A model generated the notes under the pieces. The model ran no database searches. It was given only the letters and a program-made list of their open reading frames with translations, and was not told the DNA's origin. Both the position numbers and the translations under genes were made by a program. Source: Eledone cirrhosa (Eukaryota). From it: a stretch of DNA of 64,000 nt. Where the stretch lies: NCBI GenBank assembly GCA_964016885.1, contig OZ024743.1, forward strand, positions 121,458,001-121,522,000, read 5' to 3'. Position 1 is the first letter of the stretch. Every line of letters starts with the position of its first letter. Positions 31,681-46,227 of this stretch are shown piece after piece.

Positions 31681-32329
31681 AGATATAAATATATCCACTG
31701 CCCCCCCCCCCCCTCTCAAGAGCGTGAAACTAATAAACCTTTGTTCGTACTGCTTCTCTGTTTTGTTCCCGTTCCATTTTTCACTATATATATATATATA
31801 TATATAGTAATATTGGCGTTTTCCAATGTAGATCCTAGAAAAGAGGAGACGTTCTATGCTATCCAGTTTCCTTGGTACAGCAGTGATGCTTGCAAAGCAT
31901 TTCTTTATACCAAAATTTTTCTTTGTGACGTATTTGTTTACATTTTGTATATTTTTATCTGGACACACTAATATATACATAACTGTGTGTGTGTAAACCT
32001 AAACTGCAAAAACCTGTCATATATATATGTTTGCGTACGTAGGCATGTGGGTATCCATGTGTATTTGCTTATGTGTATGTGTGTGTATGCGCGTGTGTGC
32101 GTGTGTGTGTAGATGTATGAATGAATGCTTGTTTTAACAGGGATACCTTGTGGTAATCATATCTGACTGGTGTGTATACCATCACACAATGTCAACATTT
32201 TCGTATCGCAGGAGAAGAAAGTAATAACCATAATGGTTGGTATAATTGGTTTAAAAAACCTTTGAAGGTGCATTTGAACCACTGAAACTTTTAGATTCTA
32301 GCAACATCCATTCCTGACAAACCATTTTG

Positions 32330-33080
32330 CGTGTTCTAGAGACCCTCTTCGAATATAAATTCTATCAATTTTGATGTAACTATAATAAATGTTAGTATGT
32401 CCTCCACACACTCCTTTCTGTACATTAAGAAACTTGTTTGTTATTGCTTCTAAACACATTACTCCATTACTCTGCAGATAATTCTATCTGTCAGTATTCG
32501 TTAACTGTTCGTGCACAGTTATCATCTATATATACCCTAGATGTTTCCCTCCAGACGTGCATAATTTACATGAACATCGAACATAAAACATTCTTCTATG
32601 GAAACATTGCGATCCAATCTGCCTGAACAACACAAAAGCACGATCAATAGAGTCAATAAAATATCTAGAAAACTTTATAACATTGATTTTGTCGCAAGCT
32701 TTATCCAATGCTCTTAAAATGTTCATGAATTTCTTACAGTATAGAATATGATTTCCACCGTCTAGCCAAGTAGAAGTACAGAACACAAAATACAAAGCAA
32801 AAAAATATATCTAGCATTGGTTTGCTTAACAAACCAGATTAAATATTCTAAAACATATATGTATGCTCAATGAAAGCGCCATCGTAACCCAGTATGCAAC
32901 TATAATCATCGCATACTGGCGTAGGGAGGCAATGTTCTAGGATAAATAGAATCCTTCTCAAATGAAATGAATAGCATAATAATAGTGAAAACAGTTAGAA
33001 ATATATAGGAAAGCTTGCGGCAATATCAACGAACCGAAGTTTTCTAGTTTGGTAACATACAGATTTGTCTTCTATAACCA
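32330..33080 (-). mobile_element. Very decayed LINE RT remnant
   Basis: Fragments resembling RT motifs (ILRAL..., DSIDR, VQKGV) interrupted by many stops. Confidence 0.35.
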
Positions 33081-34359
33081 ACCTAGGCGATGTCCTACCA
33101 TCTTGAATTTGTCTTGCATCAGATATCTATTTATGATGTGCAAGAAATCTATGAACTAAGAGTATCGAAGAACTCATGACAACACCAGTTCAATAATTGC
33201 CCTTCCGTAATTTATTTCCTTCTATTGATTCTGTAATCAAATTCGTATTTTGTGTAATATTTCTGCAAATTGCACTTGCTTCTAAAGTACATATACTAAA
33301 ATTGGAATGATAACTGAGAAAGCAGATTACTTCCCTTTCAAACTTAATTTTGCGGGAGGCGTTTTAATGCTTGTTATTCGTTTTGAAGTTTGTTTGTTTG
33401 TTTGTTACTGACAGGATAATGTGACGCGGTACGTGGCTCCCATGTAAGGAAAGCTATGTGTGTTTGTGGGTCTATCTCCGTATCTGTTTACGTTTGTGTC
33501 TTTGTTAAACTTATATAATAATTATTAAAACCCTGTACATTAATTTCCTCTATAAAATCATGGAATTTGCAAAGAAATGTCAGCATCGTATCAACCTATA
33601 CTTGACCATTCAATTAACATGGACTTTCAAGAGCTATACATGAAAAGTAACTCATAGGTTCCTTCTGTCTTTTACACCAGAAGCTTAGGTAACAATCTGC
33701 CACAAGATAATTAACAAAAATTATTCAATTGGCTAAGATGTCAACATAACATCATTGGTTAATATATATCTCTATTAACTGCACACCGGAAAATCTGTAC
33801 TTGGGGGCCGTTGAAATTTTGTTTATCAGTTATGTATAGTCAACCAGTTTATATGTTGTTCCCACACCACAAGATATGGCCTAATATTTTCAAAGTTGGC
33901 AGCTGTTAATAGAAAATAAAATAAAACTGATTATCACCGAAAAACTATGTGTATTACACAAAGATTTTATGAAAGCTTTTGAATATGAAAGATATGCAGA
34001 CGCCAACATAGTGATCGGTAACTAAATAATACGGCAATTTTGATTGATCAATTACTTCATCAGATCATCGTACTGTGTTTCTCATTAGAAATTGTTATTT
34101 TTTACAGATTAATGCGCAATTTTTAATTGTAGGGATAATCAGATTTTAGTTATATATTTTCTATTCTAATAATTGTCATGTATGGGTTAAGTTGGAACCC
34201 CCCACCACCACACACATATACACACTATTTTGATGCATGAAACAACTACTTAGAACTTAATGTATAACGGTTTATATTATATCTTTTACTTCACCTGCTT
34301 TCCTTGTTTTCTGCCCACGAATAACAATTCAATTTTCTAATCTTCCGTTTAAAATACAG

Positions 34360-34789
34360 CTTCATTTCTGTTTGTACAAGAAAGTAATGGAGAAAATGCT
34401 GAAGAAACAGTATATTTTTCGCAGCCTTTTCAATCGAGCAGTGGTGCATTATATGAAGCCATAATCGATGCAACCCAAGTAATCACAAATTCTGCGGACA
34501 CACTGCCCCAAATGAAGATAACATCAAATACATATCTTGACAACGATACTAATTCTAGTAATACCACACCAACTACTGTTACTACATCTGCGACTACTGC
34601 GCCAACTACTACTAAGACGATTACAACCATGCCTACTAAAACGACCCCAAGACCAAACATAAATGCAAATACAGATAATTCCTACAATGAGTTAACGAAG
34701 CAACTCACCACCTACAAAATAATTTTGATTATAATGAGCATTTTCTTGGTCATTGTAATCCTATTGTTTATTTTCTTCGTCATGGCAAA
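34360..34789 (+). CDS. Single-pass membrane protein exon: Thr-rich mucin-like stalk plus transmembrane helix
   Basis: Open frame SFLFVQESNGENAEET...TTPTTVTTSATTAPTTTKT...YKIILIIMSIFLVIVILLFIFFVMA ending at the donor AA|GTAAG. Acceptor at 34359 (with ctaat branch point) or alternatively at 34424. Confidence 0.75.
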
Positions 34790-35948
34790 GTAAGAAGCTT
34801 TAATTATATATTTTTTTTGTATACATTCACCACCTTTGTGTTGACCTCTAATAACGCTTTCTCTTAACAAAAATAATACCACTTTTCACTTCCACTCACA
34901 TCTCTGCACATAGACGCCATCTAAATGGAAGCTACTTATTTCATACCAAACTTATATTTACTTCATGAACAAAGATGTCGAAAACATACACCAGTGGAGA
35001 TATGGCAATCTACTATCTTTCAATATCACAAAACATTGCTTATATTCATTGCTTATATTAATTTAAAGAAAGATATCTATCTATCAAAGAAAGATATCTA
35101 TATTAAGAGAAAAACTTTCTATCACTCCTTCTCTACTCCCAATTAAAACTCTAAAATTTTATACAATATGAGGCATAATATCTACAAATGCTAGGCTCAC
35201 AATACCTAATGATCTCTCATAGCAACATTTCATATATAATATAATCAAAACATTATCTCAAAGGCTAACCCCTCTCTCCAGACCAGAAAATACTTCAGTC
35301 CTGATTAGATGTTTACACTAGGAAAAGTTCAAGTGAACCTTACAATAGAACAGTGTTGCTATATCTGATGTCCTGTACTGAATCCAGATGAAACAATCCG
35401 GATGATTGGTAAAGATCCACACAAGTTCTGACACGTGCTCTTTTCTCTATCTTCCTATACTGCCAGGACTAAACAGTTGCTTACCATCTCGAACCAGATC
35501 CATCTGATACACCATAGTCCCTCTTTTTGTCACCTACTATGTCTCACCACACATTTTACAACCCCTCCTCCTAAGAATGGCAACTCTATGGTATTCCTTT
35601 TCTGTTCTCGTTTCTTCCTGCAGATACACGTATGTAAAGAGCATTGACTCCTCACTTTATAACTAAGCCATTAAGAAAAGTATATTTACTTTTAAAGGCA
35701 ACATGGATTGGCAGAGCGAATACTTTACTATGTTTTGTCCGTCAAAATACCGAGTTCATGCTTTGGCATATACACTTTGGTATTCCTTTAGAATAAATAT
35801 AATAAGTGCCACAGTAATGGTATCAAATTTAGTTCAAAACATTTCTCTTCTGCATAAATTGACAATTTTACATTTATTCAACTAATTTAAATATAACAAA
35901 GTATGTACTGAAAGTTACGGATTTAAATTGAAATCAAACATCGAACTA

Positions 35949-36026
35949 TAGGGTCTCCCCAAAAATGTATACACACTTCAACAACATTCTAGTCAAACAG
36001 TGTATACATTTTTGGAGGACACCCTG
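35949..36026. mobile_element. 78-bp Tc1/mariner-type MITE
   Basis: Imperfect ~27-bp TIRs (agggtctccccaaaaatgtatacac / gtgtatacatttttggaggacaccctg) with TA on both sides. Confidence 0.75.
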
Positions 36027-36076
36027 TATTTTAGTTGTAGTAGATAGTATCTTAAAGACTTTTTTTTGTTTTGTAG

Positions 36077-36122
36077 AAAGAAAAGGAGTTTAGACATTGA
36101 GCATCCCCGATATATCTCTCAG
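36077..36122 (+). CDS. Membrane protein, juxtamembrane exon (KKKRSLDIEHPRYISQ)
   Basis: Acceptor ttttgttttgtag and donor CAG|GTAAAG. It completes the phase-2 codon and supplies a basic stop-transfer cluster right after the TM helix. Confidence 0.75.
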
Positions 36123-38089
36123 GTAAAGATTCATTATAATTTCTTTCCGCAGAATATGTCCACCGTTCTTATAATATAGAGAAAATAGCAAATTCTATCA
36201 CAGCCACCACCATATTATCACCATATTGACAAATATAACTTTTATTTTAAATCTCAAATATCACTAATGATGAATATGCATAAAACAGTTTTTCCTAGAA
36301 TTTCTAAAACAATAACAGTCGTCAATTTTTTCTTATTCAAACTGTATTATATACTTCAATCAATCGTTCGGGAAAATAGTTTTTATACGTTGATGCAAAT
36401 GTATTACAACACTAATCAACTTTTGTTTCATATGAGCACCAATTTTCAGCAGAAAATTACTTCCAAGTTACAAACAGACGTAAGATCGAGTTGTGTTTCA
36501 GATGCTGCTGTTTGATTTTAATTCGATGATCATACCCTTGCACAGATAAATGTAAACTGTAAGAGTCATAAATATAGTTCTACACAGACAAAGTGGGACT
36601 TGGGATACAGTTCTATTTGTTTATGTACTGAACCTAACAAAATACTTACCATTTTCTATATCTTATATACAGACACAACCATACTCAACTATCATTGATA
36701 GTTTGGGTATTAACATGATGATAGTCTATCATTATATTGTATTTCTAAAAATGATACAATAAACGTATAATACTTTATTTAACATAACTAAGTATGGTAC
36801 GGTTACACAGTGCAACTGGCACTAACTAATTATCATAAAATATAACTAACAAGTAAATATAAAAAAAAGCAATCATTTATTTTATTGATTTAAAAGTAAA
36901 TACAAACTCACGGAATGTCCTTAATAATTCTCACAAAGAGTCTAGGGTAATTTGTGTTCTGGATGGGTTCTGATGCAACCTGTTGGGTGTTATTTGTTGA
37001 TTTGCAGTACCGCATCCCTGGTGTGACATACAGCTAGTGATTCCACTGTGAGGACGTCCATGTCGTTTGATAAACATAAATACTGATACATGATTTATGA
37101 GATTTCTTGAGCATGTTGTTGTTATTATTAAGCCAATGTGACAGAATCCCCTCTCACGTTCAGAAATATTAAAGTAAAATAAGTAAAATTTATTCAATAT
37201 ATAAAATTTTACAATGTTGTGAAAGGCCATTGACATTATATAAAAATAATTGAGCAGTATCTAATAAAAACAAAACATATATAAAGGGAACGCAAAAGGA
37301 AGAAGAAAAAATAAAACGAAAGGGAGGAAAAGAAAGAAGGATCACGTGGAGAAGGAAAGGAGGAGGGGAAAGAACAGACACTACACCCTAGTCTGAGCAG
37401 TGACTCTTGTCACGTGGACAAAAAGTCAAATGCGTTACCGCGGAGAATGGTCAGAGACCTGCGTGAACAGACAAATAATCTTAGATGACGCAACGTCCAC
37501 TATGTTCCACATATGCTATAAAGGTATATCATATAGAGATATAAAGGCTTGGGATGATATCATAGTTAGTTATTATTATAGGCATTTCAGCAGGTTAGTA
37601 GATTTTACCAATGGAAATGTTCATTTACTAAGTATTTATAATACTCCGAGATTCAGAAATGTTAGATCTTTTTGAGGATATTGAAGTAAACATACTTTGC
37701 AACAAATTATTTCGGAGACTAGTAAGAAACCGTAGATGCTTAATGGAGTCAATTTTATTGTTGATTGTTAACATAATTGTTCCAACATTACCCTTTTCAA
37801 TTGCCTCCTGAACTTCTAGGGCGGAGCAATCCTATGCTTTGTTGGATCAACTTACCTGCACAAATTCTGTCAGTAAACAATGAGAATTACGAAATTTATA
37901 CACCAAACTTGATATTGCAACGTGTCAGACATTAGAGTTAAATCCAACAGAAATTTTTATGAAGAAAATTATTTTCGACAGACCTTCATAATTCTTCTAT
38001 CACGCCCGGAACTTGTTTCAATTTCATTGCTATTTTTGTTTTTTTAAATTAAAACACAGCGCATCATGATTTTTCCATGTTGCTGAAAC

Positions 38090-39050
38090 TGTTTGAAACG
38101 AGCTAGGTTCTGGTACCCCGAAAACAGCCTAACTTGTAAATTTGCTGTTCTAGTTGAGAGGAATATTTCCGCAGTTCTTTTTCATTTAGAGGTGGTCTAC
38201 TGTAAACTACAATTTATTCATAAATGTTTCATTTATCACCAAATCTTCTACTCCAATTTCTAATCTCGGATTAAGAAAGTCCCAAATTATCATAACAGCG
38301 TACTATTTCTTGGGAATTCTTCCATCAGATTTCACACCAAGCATTATATTCACCCCCAAAAGCTACAAGATTCTGTTTAGAGTAAGCGTAATCAATCAAT
38401 CCCATTTCAAGACGTTTCAGCTATCTGATAAGGCAGTTCAATTGGGATTTACTTCCTTATCACTTACAGGTTTCAAATAATCTATGAAGACAGTCTTAAT
38501 GCCTGTACTTGTTCATTCATCAATAAGAACAGAGAGTTGTCCTATTATCTGCCTGATATGCCGATAAATTTTAATTTTCATATTAATGGATATGTGATTA
38601 GCGATCTTTGTAAACCTAGCGCAGATATGTGGCTCAATTTCGTTGCCAATACCATCTTCTCTTGAGGTTCCAATAAAGTAAGGTTATCAATATATGGTCT
38701 GTCATTCTAATATGTAGAAGGAAAATCTGAACGACTAATATTTAAATGTGAGGCATTTATGATGCCACAGAATGTTTCAAGGGTAGCTTCACTATCCTTA
38801 TTTTCAGTATCTCCCAGTAGGATAGTGGTATATCATTAATTTGACATCCTCAAACTCTTAGAAGTAAAAGGTTTCAAATTACCTATGTTTGTACATACTA
38901 TGCACCCAATTTCATAAGTATTGAAGTCGAAGGGGAGATGTTTCCAACCTTTTCTGCCACACATTTCAATCCAAACCCCTGAACAAGCAAATAAGACTTA
39001 CTTCGAAACACTATTACACTTAGAATTGCATTTAAAACATATTTCAATTT
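38090..39050 (-). mobile_element. Very decayed CR1/L2-like RT remnant
   Basis: 'IWDFLNPR' followed by 'GVP', resembling WI..FL..R...SGVPQGS. Confidence 0.35.
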
Positions 39051-39204
39051 TGAGCTAGAATTAGACAGAATTGGAATTTTGTTATCAGTCATTTGTATCA
39101 TATTTGTGTTACACTCTTCAGTCCATTAACAAAAGAAAGAAACTAACGATGTTAGCTCAAAAGAGAGTAATCCACAGACTTATCTGCCACATATGCAGCC
39201 TTAA

Positions 39205-39423
39205 TAACGGTTTCTGATTTAGGCACAAATCCAACAATTCTAGAGTAGGAGAACGTCGACTAAATCGATCAGTGCATTACTGGTATTTTATTTCATCGAC
39301 CTTGTAAGAATGAAAAGAAAAGCTAACTTCGGTGGGATTTGAACTCAGAACTTAAAGGGCGGTAGCTCTATGCTGCAAACCATGGTTTCCGACTCTCTAC
39401 CGATACTGCCAATCCAGCGCCCC
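39205..39423 (-). mobile_element. SINE family A
   Basis: Full family consensus match, moderately diverged. Confidence 0.85.
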
Positions 39424-40992
39424 GTGTAGCGTTAATGACGCTGAATATATTTAAATGTGTAAGTAAACTAAAGATGTTTAAGTAAACTAAAGAATGACTG
39501 AATGTTTAAGAAGATCGCTTTGCAGCCCTTAGGTGGTGGGTTCGATCCCACTGCATAAGATCTTAGGCAAATGTTATTTATCATAACCGCGAGTCGACAC
39601 AACGAGTGAAATTACGTAGACTGAAACTGTTTGGAAACCCATCGGATATGTTGTATTTGTAATTTAAAAAGCTAGCCTTCACATATTATATCAGATTGAA
39701 TTTCCCTCAGAAATTACGTTAAGTGTCAACGTGACTGTAGAATGCTCTGCCATTTATTCAATAACTTCCTTTGAAGGCTATTCTTTTGATCGACAACTGG
39801 AAGAGTCATCGTTGAAACCCTGATGAATCTGGCAGCCCTGCAACATATAGCGCGAGAGAAAATATATTATCATATGAAATTACATTTCCGACATTTGCTA
39901 CGAAATAGCGATATTTTATTAGTTCTTACAGAAACGATAATAAATATCTTTTCTCTTCAGCTGTGTATGAAGACCACATATTCCTATCTTCAGAAAATGC
40001 ACCAAATACACTATATCTTCTTACTCTAACATAGACTTATTAAGAATTCCTAAACGTTGCTGACACAAGATTTAATATCTCCTTCGCAGACATGTTTACT
40101 CTGCATCACAGTTTGTTTTAATATCCAAATACATTATTTATATTACTTCTTCGGCTATGCTTTATTTTTCCAATATTCTTTCCATCATTACTTTCCATAT
40201 TTCAACAACACTATAACAAACTGTCTGTTTTCATCTATTTTCTAGCCCTATTTTTTCAATTAGTTTCTGGCGTCTCATTTTCTTGGCGTAAATGTGATAG
40301 TTTCATAATAGACTCAGTAAATATCCTACAATATCAAGTTTGGTGTATAAATTTCGTAATTCTCATTGATTTCTAATTTTGCCATTTTTTTATAGATTAA
40401 ATTCATAAAAGATAGTAATCATCCTTATATTCATCACCATTCATTGCGTAACCAACAGTTTGATATTGCTCTGATTGACAGTTTTGGTGCTACTTAATGT
40501 GATATAAATGTGGAAAGATAAATTTTCATTTGTTATTATCATAAAAAGCTTCAACTACGACTGAAGAAGATAGCAATGAAATGATATAATTTGTAAAAAT
40601 GGCCATATATGTATATAAAATATATTTAACTAAAAAAGTGTCAAATGCCATGGAGTGATGAGAGCTCACACGACCTCATTACGATTCCCGGTTGAGCTTT
40701 TCCATCTATGTTACTATAAAACTCTATAGAAATTAATTTAAGAACTGAAATGCCATAAATCTGAGGCCTGGCTTCTTATTACGAATCAATAAGAAAGTAA
40801 CCTAAAAGCAAGATTAGATATCCTGAGAGGGAGAGAGAGGAAGTGAGAAAAGAATTACACCAGGTAATTTTATAAAATACTCAAGAGATTGCATACAGTT
40901 ATGAAATGTGTTCTAGGATATCTTTGTTACATTATTCCTTTTATTGAGCTTATTTTCCCATGAATATCTATTTTACCTTTTAACTATTTCAG

Positions 40993-41022
40993 ACCTGTGA
41001 TGATAAAGCTTCGTCTAAAGAG
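40993..41022 (+). CDS. Membrane protein, 30-bp micro-exon (TCDDKASSKE)
   Basis: Acceptor tttcag and consensus donor GAG|GTAAGT; phase 0/0 and open. Confidence 0.6.
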
Positions 41023-41329
41023 GTAAGTGTTTTGTTATAAAACAAGTCCTTAAGTTCTATTACATGTACAAAGTTAGTAAAAACACTAAAGTAATATTTC
41101 TCATAATGATGATATGTTAAAACTAACTAAACACTTTATAAATATTACGGTTTCAAAATATGAGAATGATATATAATATAAAAGTATAATTGAATAAGGC
41201 AATTTTCTGGATACATTCCGTGTTACATTACTGGACAGAAACAGAAAACTATATCTATAACTGAGAGGGTATGTTTCGGAATGGGAGATTATGGGGGAGC
41301 AAGTTAAATAGAAGTGAAAAGGCTTTATT

Positions 41330-41640
41330 TTCAACGTGGTGTAGGCACTAAAGAGGTTGTACTAGCTGGAAGTCAACAATATAAAGAAGTGAAAAATGCC
41401 GCTGCATGTGGCATCCCATATGATGGGTATACCACCGCGGAACGGGAAGATTGTCATGCCGTCTGGGTTTTTGTCGTCCCCTTGGTCCACCGCCGCCGAC
41501 TCGAACTGAGAGGGGAAGCCTGCAGCATCCAAGCCATGCTTTATGATCTCAGTGAGAGCAACATGGTGTGGAAGGTGGCCTGCACTATAGCGACAAGACA
41601 GCGGTGGAAACCGAAAGAGTCTACATGTGAGATTATTGAA
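41330..41640 (-). mobile_element. CRE-like non-LTR element, RLE endonuclease fragment
   Basis: PLSCRYSAG...H.AL..IIK.GL..AG.PS..E....D.GD.K.PDGMT.FPF..G....WDATC. Confidence 0.75.
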
Positions 41641-42067
41641 TGATGATTTAAAGTTGTAAAATATGAAGTGTTCTAGAATTGGAACCCAATATAATATGTG
41701 ATCCATCCACCCATAAACCCGTAACCCAGTGGAGTTGTAGAGGTGCCGTTGTGACATACTTCCCTCGGGAATTTTAAACATGGCGGTACTCATCCCTTAC
41801 ACGATTCCTTCCAGAAAAGATGAAGAGAGAGAGAAGAAATAAGAAAGATATATAGAGAGGAAGAATTAACCCCACTACTGGAATGATACATCTTTTATCG
41901 TCCTCGAAAAGAAGAAATACAAAATACCCCTCGGTGGCATTTGAGCTCAGGGTGTGGAGAGCTGGAACGTATACCGGGAAGCATTCTATCCCACTTTCTA
42001 GTGGCGGCGTTAATTCACCCCCTACAATACAAAGTGATACTAAAGGAAAATACGTATGATCAAGTAT

Positions 42068-42465
42068 TGGATTGGCAGTGTCGGTAGAGCGTCAGACACC
42101 ATGCTGTGCAGCATAGAGTTATGGCCCTTTACGTTCTGGGTTAAAATTCCGCCGAGGTTAGCTTTGCCTTTCATCCTTATGGGGTCGATAAAATAAAGTA
42201 CCAGTCACGCACTGGAGGCGATTTAATCGACTTTCCCCTCCCACAAAATTTCTGGCTTTGTGCCTATATCAGAAACGATTTGGATTGGCAGTATCAGTAG
42301 AAGGTCGGACGCCATGCTTTGTAGCAGAGAGTTACGTCCCTTTACGGTCTGAGTTCAAATCCCTCCGAGGTTAACTTTGCCTTTCGTCCTTACGGGGTCG
42401 ATAAAATAAAGTACCAATAATGCACTGGGTAATTGCTGGCCTTGTGCCAAAAGTAGAAATAATTA
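42068..42465 (+). mobile_element. Two tandem SINE family A copies
   Basis: Family core present twice. Confidence 0.88.
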
Positions 42466-42549
42466 TTATTCTTTTAATAGCTACTGATATGATTTCGATG
42501 CTATATTCATTCCATTTATTGTGATTGTACTTTTCATTGTTGTTTCTAG

Positions 42550-42690
42550 ATGAGACAAACTACAGTGAGACTCAGTTCCTTTCTGCCTCATGTGGAGAAC
42601 ACAGACGGAGGTTCAGATCCCGGTACCAATGAAAACAGCATCAGCTCATTTCAAACAAGGAAGAAAAGCAACCCAAACGCTTCTTTATAG
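42550..42690 (+). CDS. Membrane protein, probable terminal exon (MRQTTVRLSSFLPHVENTDGGSDPGTNENSISSFQTRKKSNPNASL*)
   Basis: Acceptor ttgttgtttctag, phase 0, open to TAG; non-repetitive sequence. Confidence 0.55.
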   Translation: MRQTTVRLSSFLPHVENTDGGSDPGTNENSISSFQTRKKSNPNASL

Positions 42691-42779
42691 CAGAAAACAA
42701 AACAAGTTCAATATAAATCGCTCTCACCGTTTCTCCCTCTCCTTCTCTCATTTTCTCTCACTTTCACTCTCTCTTTCAC

Positions 42780-42845
<66 letters not shown>

Positions 42846-42952
42846 TCTCTCTTTCAAACACACACTCATTCACTCTTTATATATATATTGAGAAAGAGAG
42901 AACGAGAGAGTATGAGAGAGAGAGTCTGACATATAGACAGGCAGATTAAACG

Positions 42953-43020
<68 letters not shown>

Positions 43021-44191
43021 CTGGGTGTCACATATGAAAGGTAGTGAACAAACAAAACCCAATTAACTGAGATTCTTATTGAAGTTTGAAAATAAAATTC
43101 ATTGAAATGTTCAAAATTTAAAAGCAGAAAGTAAGGGAGATAACTGTATTAATCAATCTAAGCTTTAGAGAGCATGTAAGGAGTAAATAGCTTTGGCTAT
43201 CTTTCTATCTTATTAGTTCTCCTCAAAGTTGTACATTCACTTCAGTTAGTTCCACTTAAAATGGATGGATGGATGGTTGGATGGATAAGGTATGTAGGTT
43301 GTCTCTTACACATATACGCAGTATATCCACTGGAGGGACCCTGAGAAAATTTGAAGTGAAACCTGCGGTTGACGTGATTAGTGATCATCTTGCTAATGAT
43401 TGTCATCAGATAATAATCCCTGACACTTAGAAAGCAGGAATCGTGTTGTACAAATGTCTCTTGCAATGTTCTCGTGTGTGGTTTTACTTCTACAGCCGAT
43501 GCAGGTCAGGCCCCATATAGACTTTGTGTATACTGTGCTGATGCGTCCTATGTTGGAGCGTTGTCAGTGCCTAGGGGTGAGGTCTTTGACTTGACTTTTG
43601 CTATATTATTGAAAAGACGCCTCCTTGCATATATGATGGTGTAGACTCGCGGGAATGATTGAGGTGATGTTGAGATGTCTATCATTTGACAAGGTGAAAC
43701 AATTATCATGTATATCTATCTATATACAACTAAAACTTTGTGATTGTGTGCTTATCTGTAATTTAATACAGTCAAAACGACGCATAATGGGAAAATACTT
43801 TGAAAGGAAGATGCTCCTGAAATGGGAATACAATACAAATGGAATAGAACAAATTTCGCGTAAATCGGAGCACGGATTCCCGAGATCAAGGGTTTTTCTG
43901 GGTATCTTCACAAAGAGAGAGAGAGAAAGATAGAGAAAAAGAGATATTGGTTGTGAGAGAGTAGATTGAAAGAGAGACATATAAATATAAAGAGAGAGAA
44001 GAAGACAGAGAAGAAAAATGGAAGAGAGAGATAAAGAGAGCTGGTGGTGTTGTTGAATGAATTTATAACCGGTGACTTCAAAGATTCGAATACAGCATTA
44101 CTGTATCCTGCTAAATAGGAAGGGTTTCTAAGTTTGTATGTATATGTGTGGGTGTCTGTGACCAGTGTATATAGGTCACAGACACCCACAC

Positions 44192-44325
<134 letters not shown>

Positions 44326-44407
44326 GGGCCTTCCAGCCTTCCAATTTCATTTTACATTATATACATGTCTGTGTATATTTAATTATCTAAAAATTATTTT
44401 TAAGTGA

Positions 44408-44450
44408 ACGTGACCCATCCTTTTCTGCCAAGGGGTCACGGGTGGTCTAG
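44408..44450 (+). mobile_element. Possible Helitron 3' terminus
   Basis: 8-bp stem cgtgaccc/gggtcacg followed a few nt later by CTAG|T. Confidence 0.3.
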
Positions 44451-44834
44451 TTTAATATAAAAATGACTTATACACGACTAGAACTGTTTTATTCGTTTGA
44501 TATTTGTAACGTCGATATTCCTGATTATTTCAAATGGATGAATCAGTTCTAGTCTTGAAAAAGTCATTTCTATATGAAATATATGTGTATCTTCTCTGCT
44601 AATATATTGAGTACCTTATTTAGATATTTGATATACATAATAGATATCGATAATTGATATGCCTAATCAGCGACACTGCGCGCCTTCTCGTCGTAAATCT
44701 TGGATTTATTGACATTACTAAATTATCTCCCTCGGCTGCTATTTTGAATTTTTTAACACCCCTTCAAATTACAATCAGAATCTTAGTTAATTGAAATATT
44801 TTAGCTCTGAATATATCAAACATACGCCTCTACT

Positions 44835-45060
<226 letters not shown>

Positions 45061-45241
45061 GCTTGCATATATATATTATATATATACACATACATATATA
45101 TATATATAAAATAAGTAAGTCAAACATGTAAAATATATATAGCAGAGAATTTATAATAAACGAAGCCAAATTTTACATGTTTGAGTGCTCCAATCTGCAT
45201 ACTGAGGTGTCGGTAAACAATCAACATATACTAGAAAAAAA

Positions 45242-45316
<75 letters not shown>

Positions 45317-45321
<5 letters not shown>

Positions 45322-45607
45322 AAAAAAGATGAAATCGAAAATTCAACTGGAATTTTTTTTTTTAAATATATATATATATTTGGTTCATTTACCGGTTACG
45401 CAGTTCTTCTGCTTTTGAAAAGTAGAGTTAAGATGGAGAGTCTGTGGTTTTTATCACATATCAGATGTGAGAATAATCACAGACACTCCATCTCAACTCT
45501 ACTTTTGAAAAGCACAAGAACTGCGAAACCAGTAAAGGAATCAAATGAATATATATATATTTTTTTTTAAAGACCCCAGTTGCTTTTTCGATTTCATCTT
45601 TTCCTTA
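45317..45607. repeat. Fold-back element, ~135-bp imperfect arms, within (TA)n; shorter relative at ~47158-47310
   Basis: Inverted arms; GAAACCAGTA at 45525-45534; shares the downstream tail cactcgtgtaggacacctcgg with the 47.2 kb copy. Confidence 0.85.
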
Positions 45608-45865
45608 TACTTTCACTCGTGTAGGACACCTCGGTTATTTTTCATTTTGTAAAAAAAACCTCACTTTCTAATATATATATATATATATAGTGACGAAACA
45701 TAAGTCAATTGCATGAACTCATAATCCTTTATTTACTGCTATATATATTTCGATGATAGCCATTGAATGGCTATGACTTCATTGGGCAGTTAGTCAGTTC
45801 TTAGATATACCAGCTCTTAGATATGCCAGCTCTGTGTTTATGGTGTTGATGGTATCAGAACCTTG

Positions 45866-45926
<61 letters not shown>

Positions 45927-46101
45927 TTTCCTATATATATAAAATTATAAAGAAAACAGTTTGATCGCTGCAGGGAGCTAAGATTACAGTTACATACTCC
46001 AGGGGGATTACTTTGAAGGAGAAAACTCTTAGTGTGAAGTTTGGGTTTGAAATAAATATTTTGTGACATCAGTCCTGGAACTTTTCTGACACATCTCGTA
46101 T

Positions 46102-46227
46102 ATAGGAAAATGTATGACCCCGACGGCAGAGCTCAAGCCGTTTCGACGGCTATTTCTGGAAATAGCCGTCCAGAAATAGCCGTCGAAACGGCTTGAGCTC
46201 TGCCGTCGGGGTCATATATTTTCCTAT
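46102..46227. repeat. GC-rich fold-back with a nested internal hairpin
   Basis: ~57-bp near-perfect arms; central gacggctatttc-tg-gaaatagccgtc. Confidence 0.9.

Larger units (their letters stand above)
37878..40368. repeat. Perfect 40-bp inverted repeat pair (37878-37917 and 40329-40368)
   Basis: caatgagaattacgaaatttatacaccaaacttgatattg and its exact reverse complement. Confidence 0.9.
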
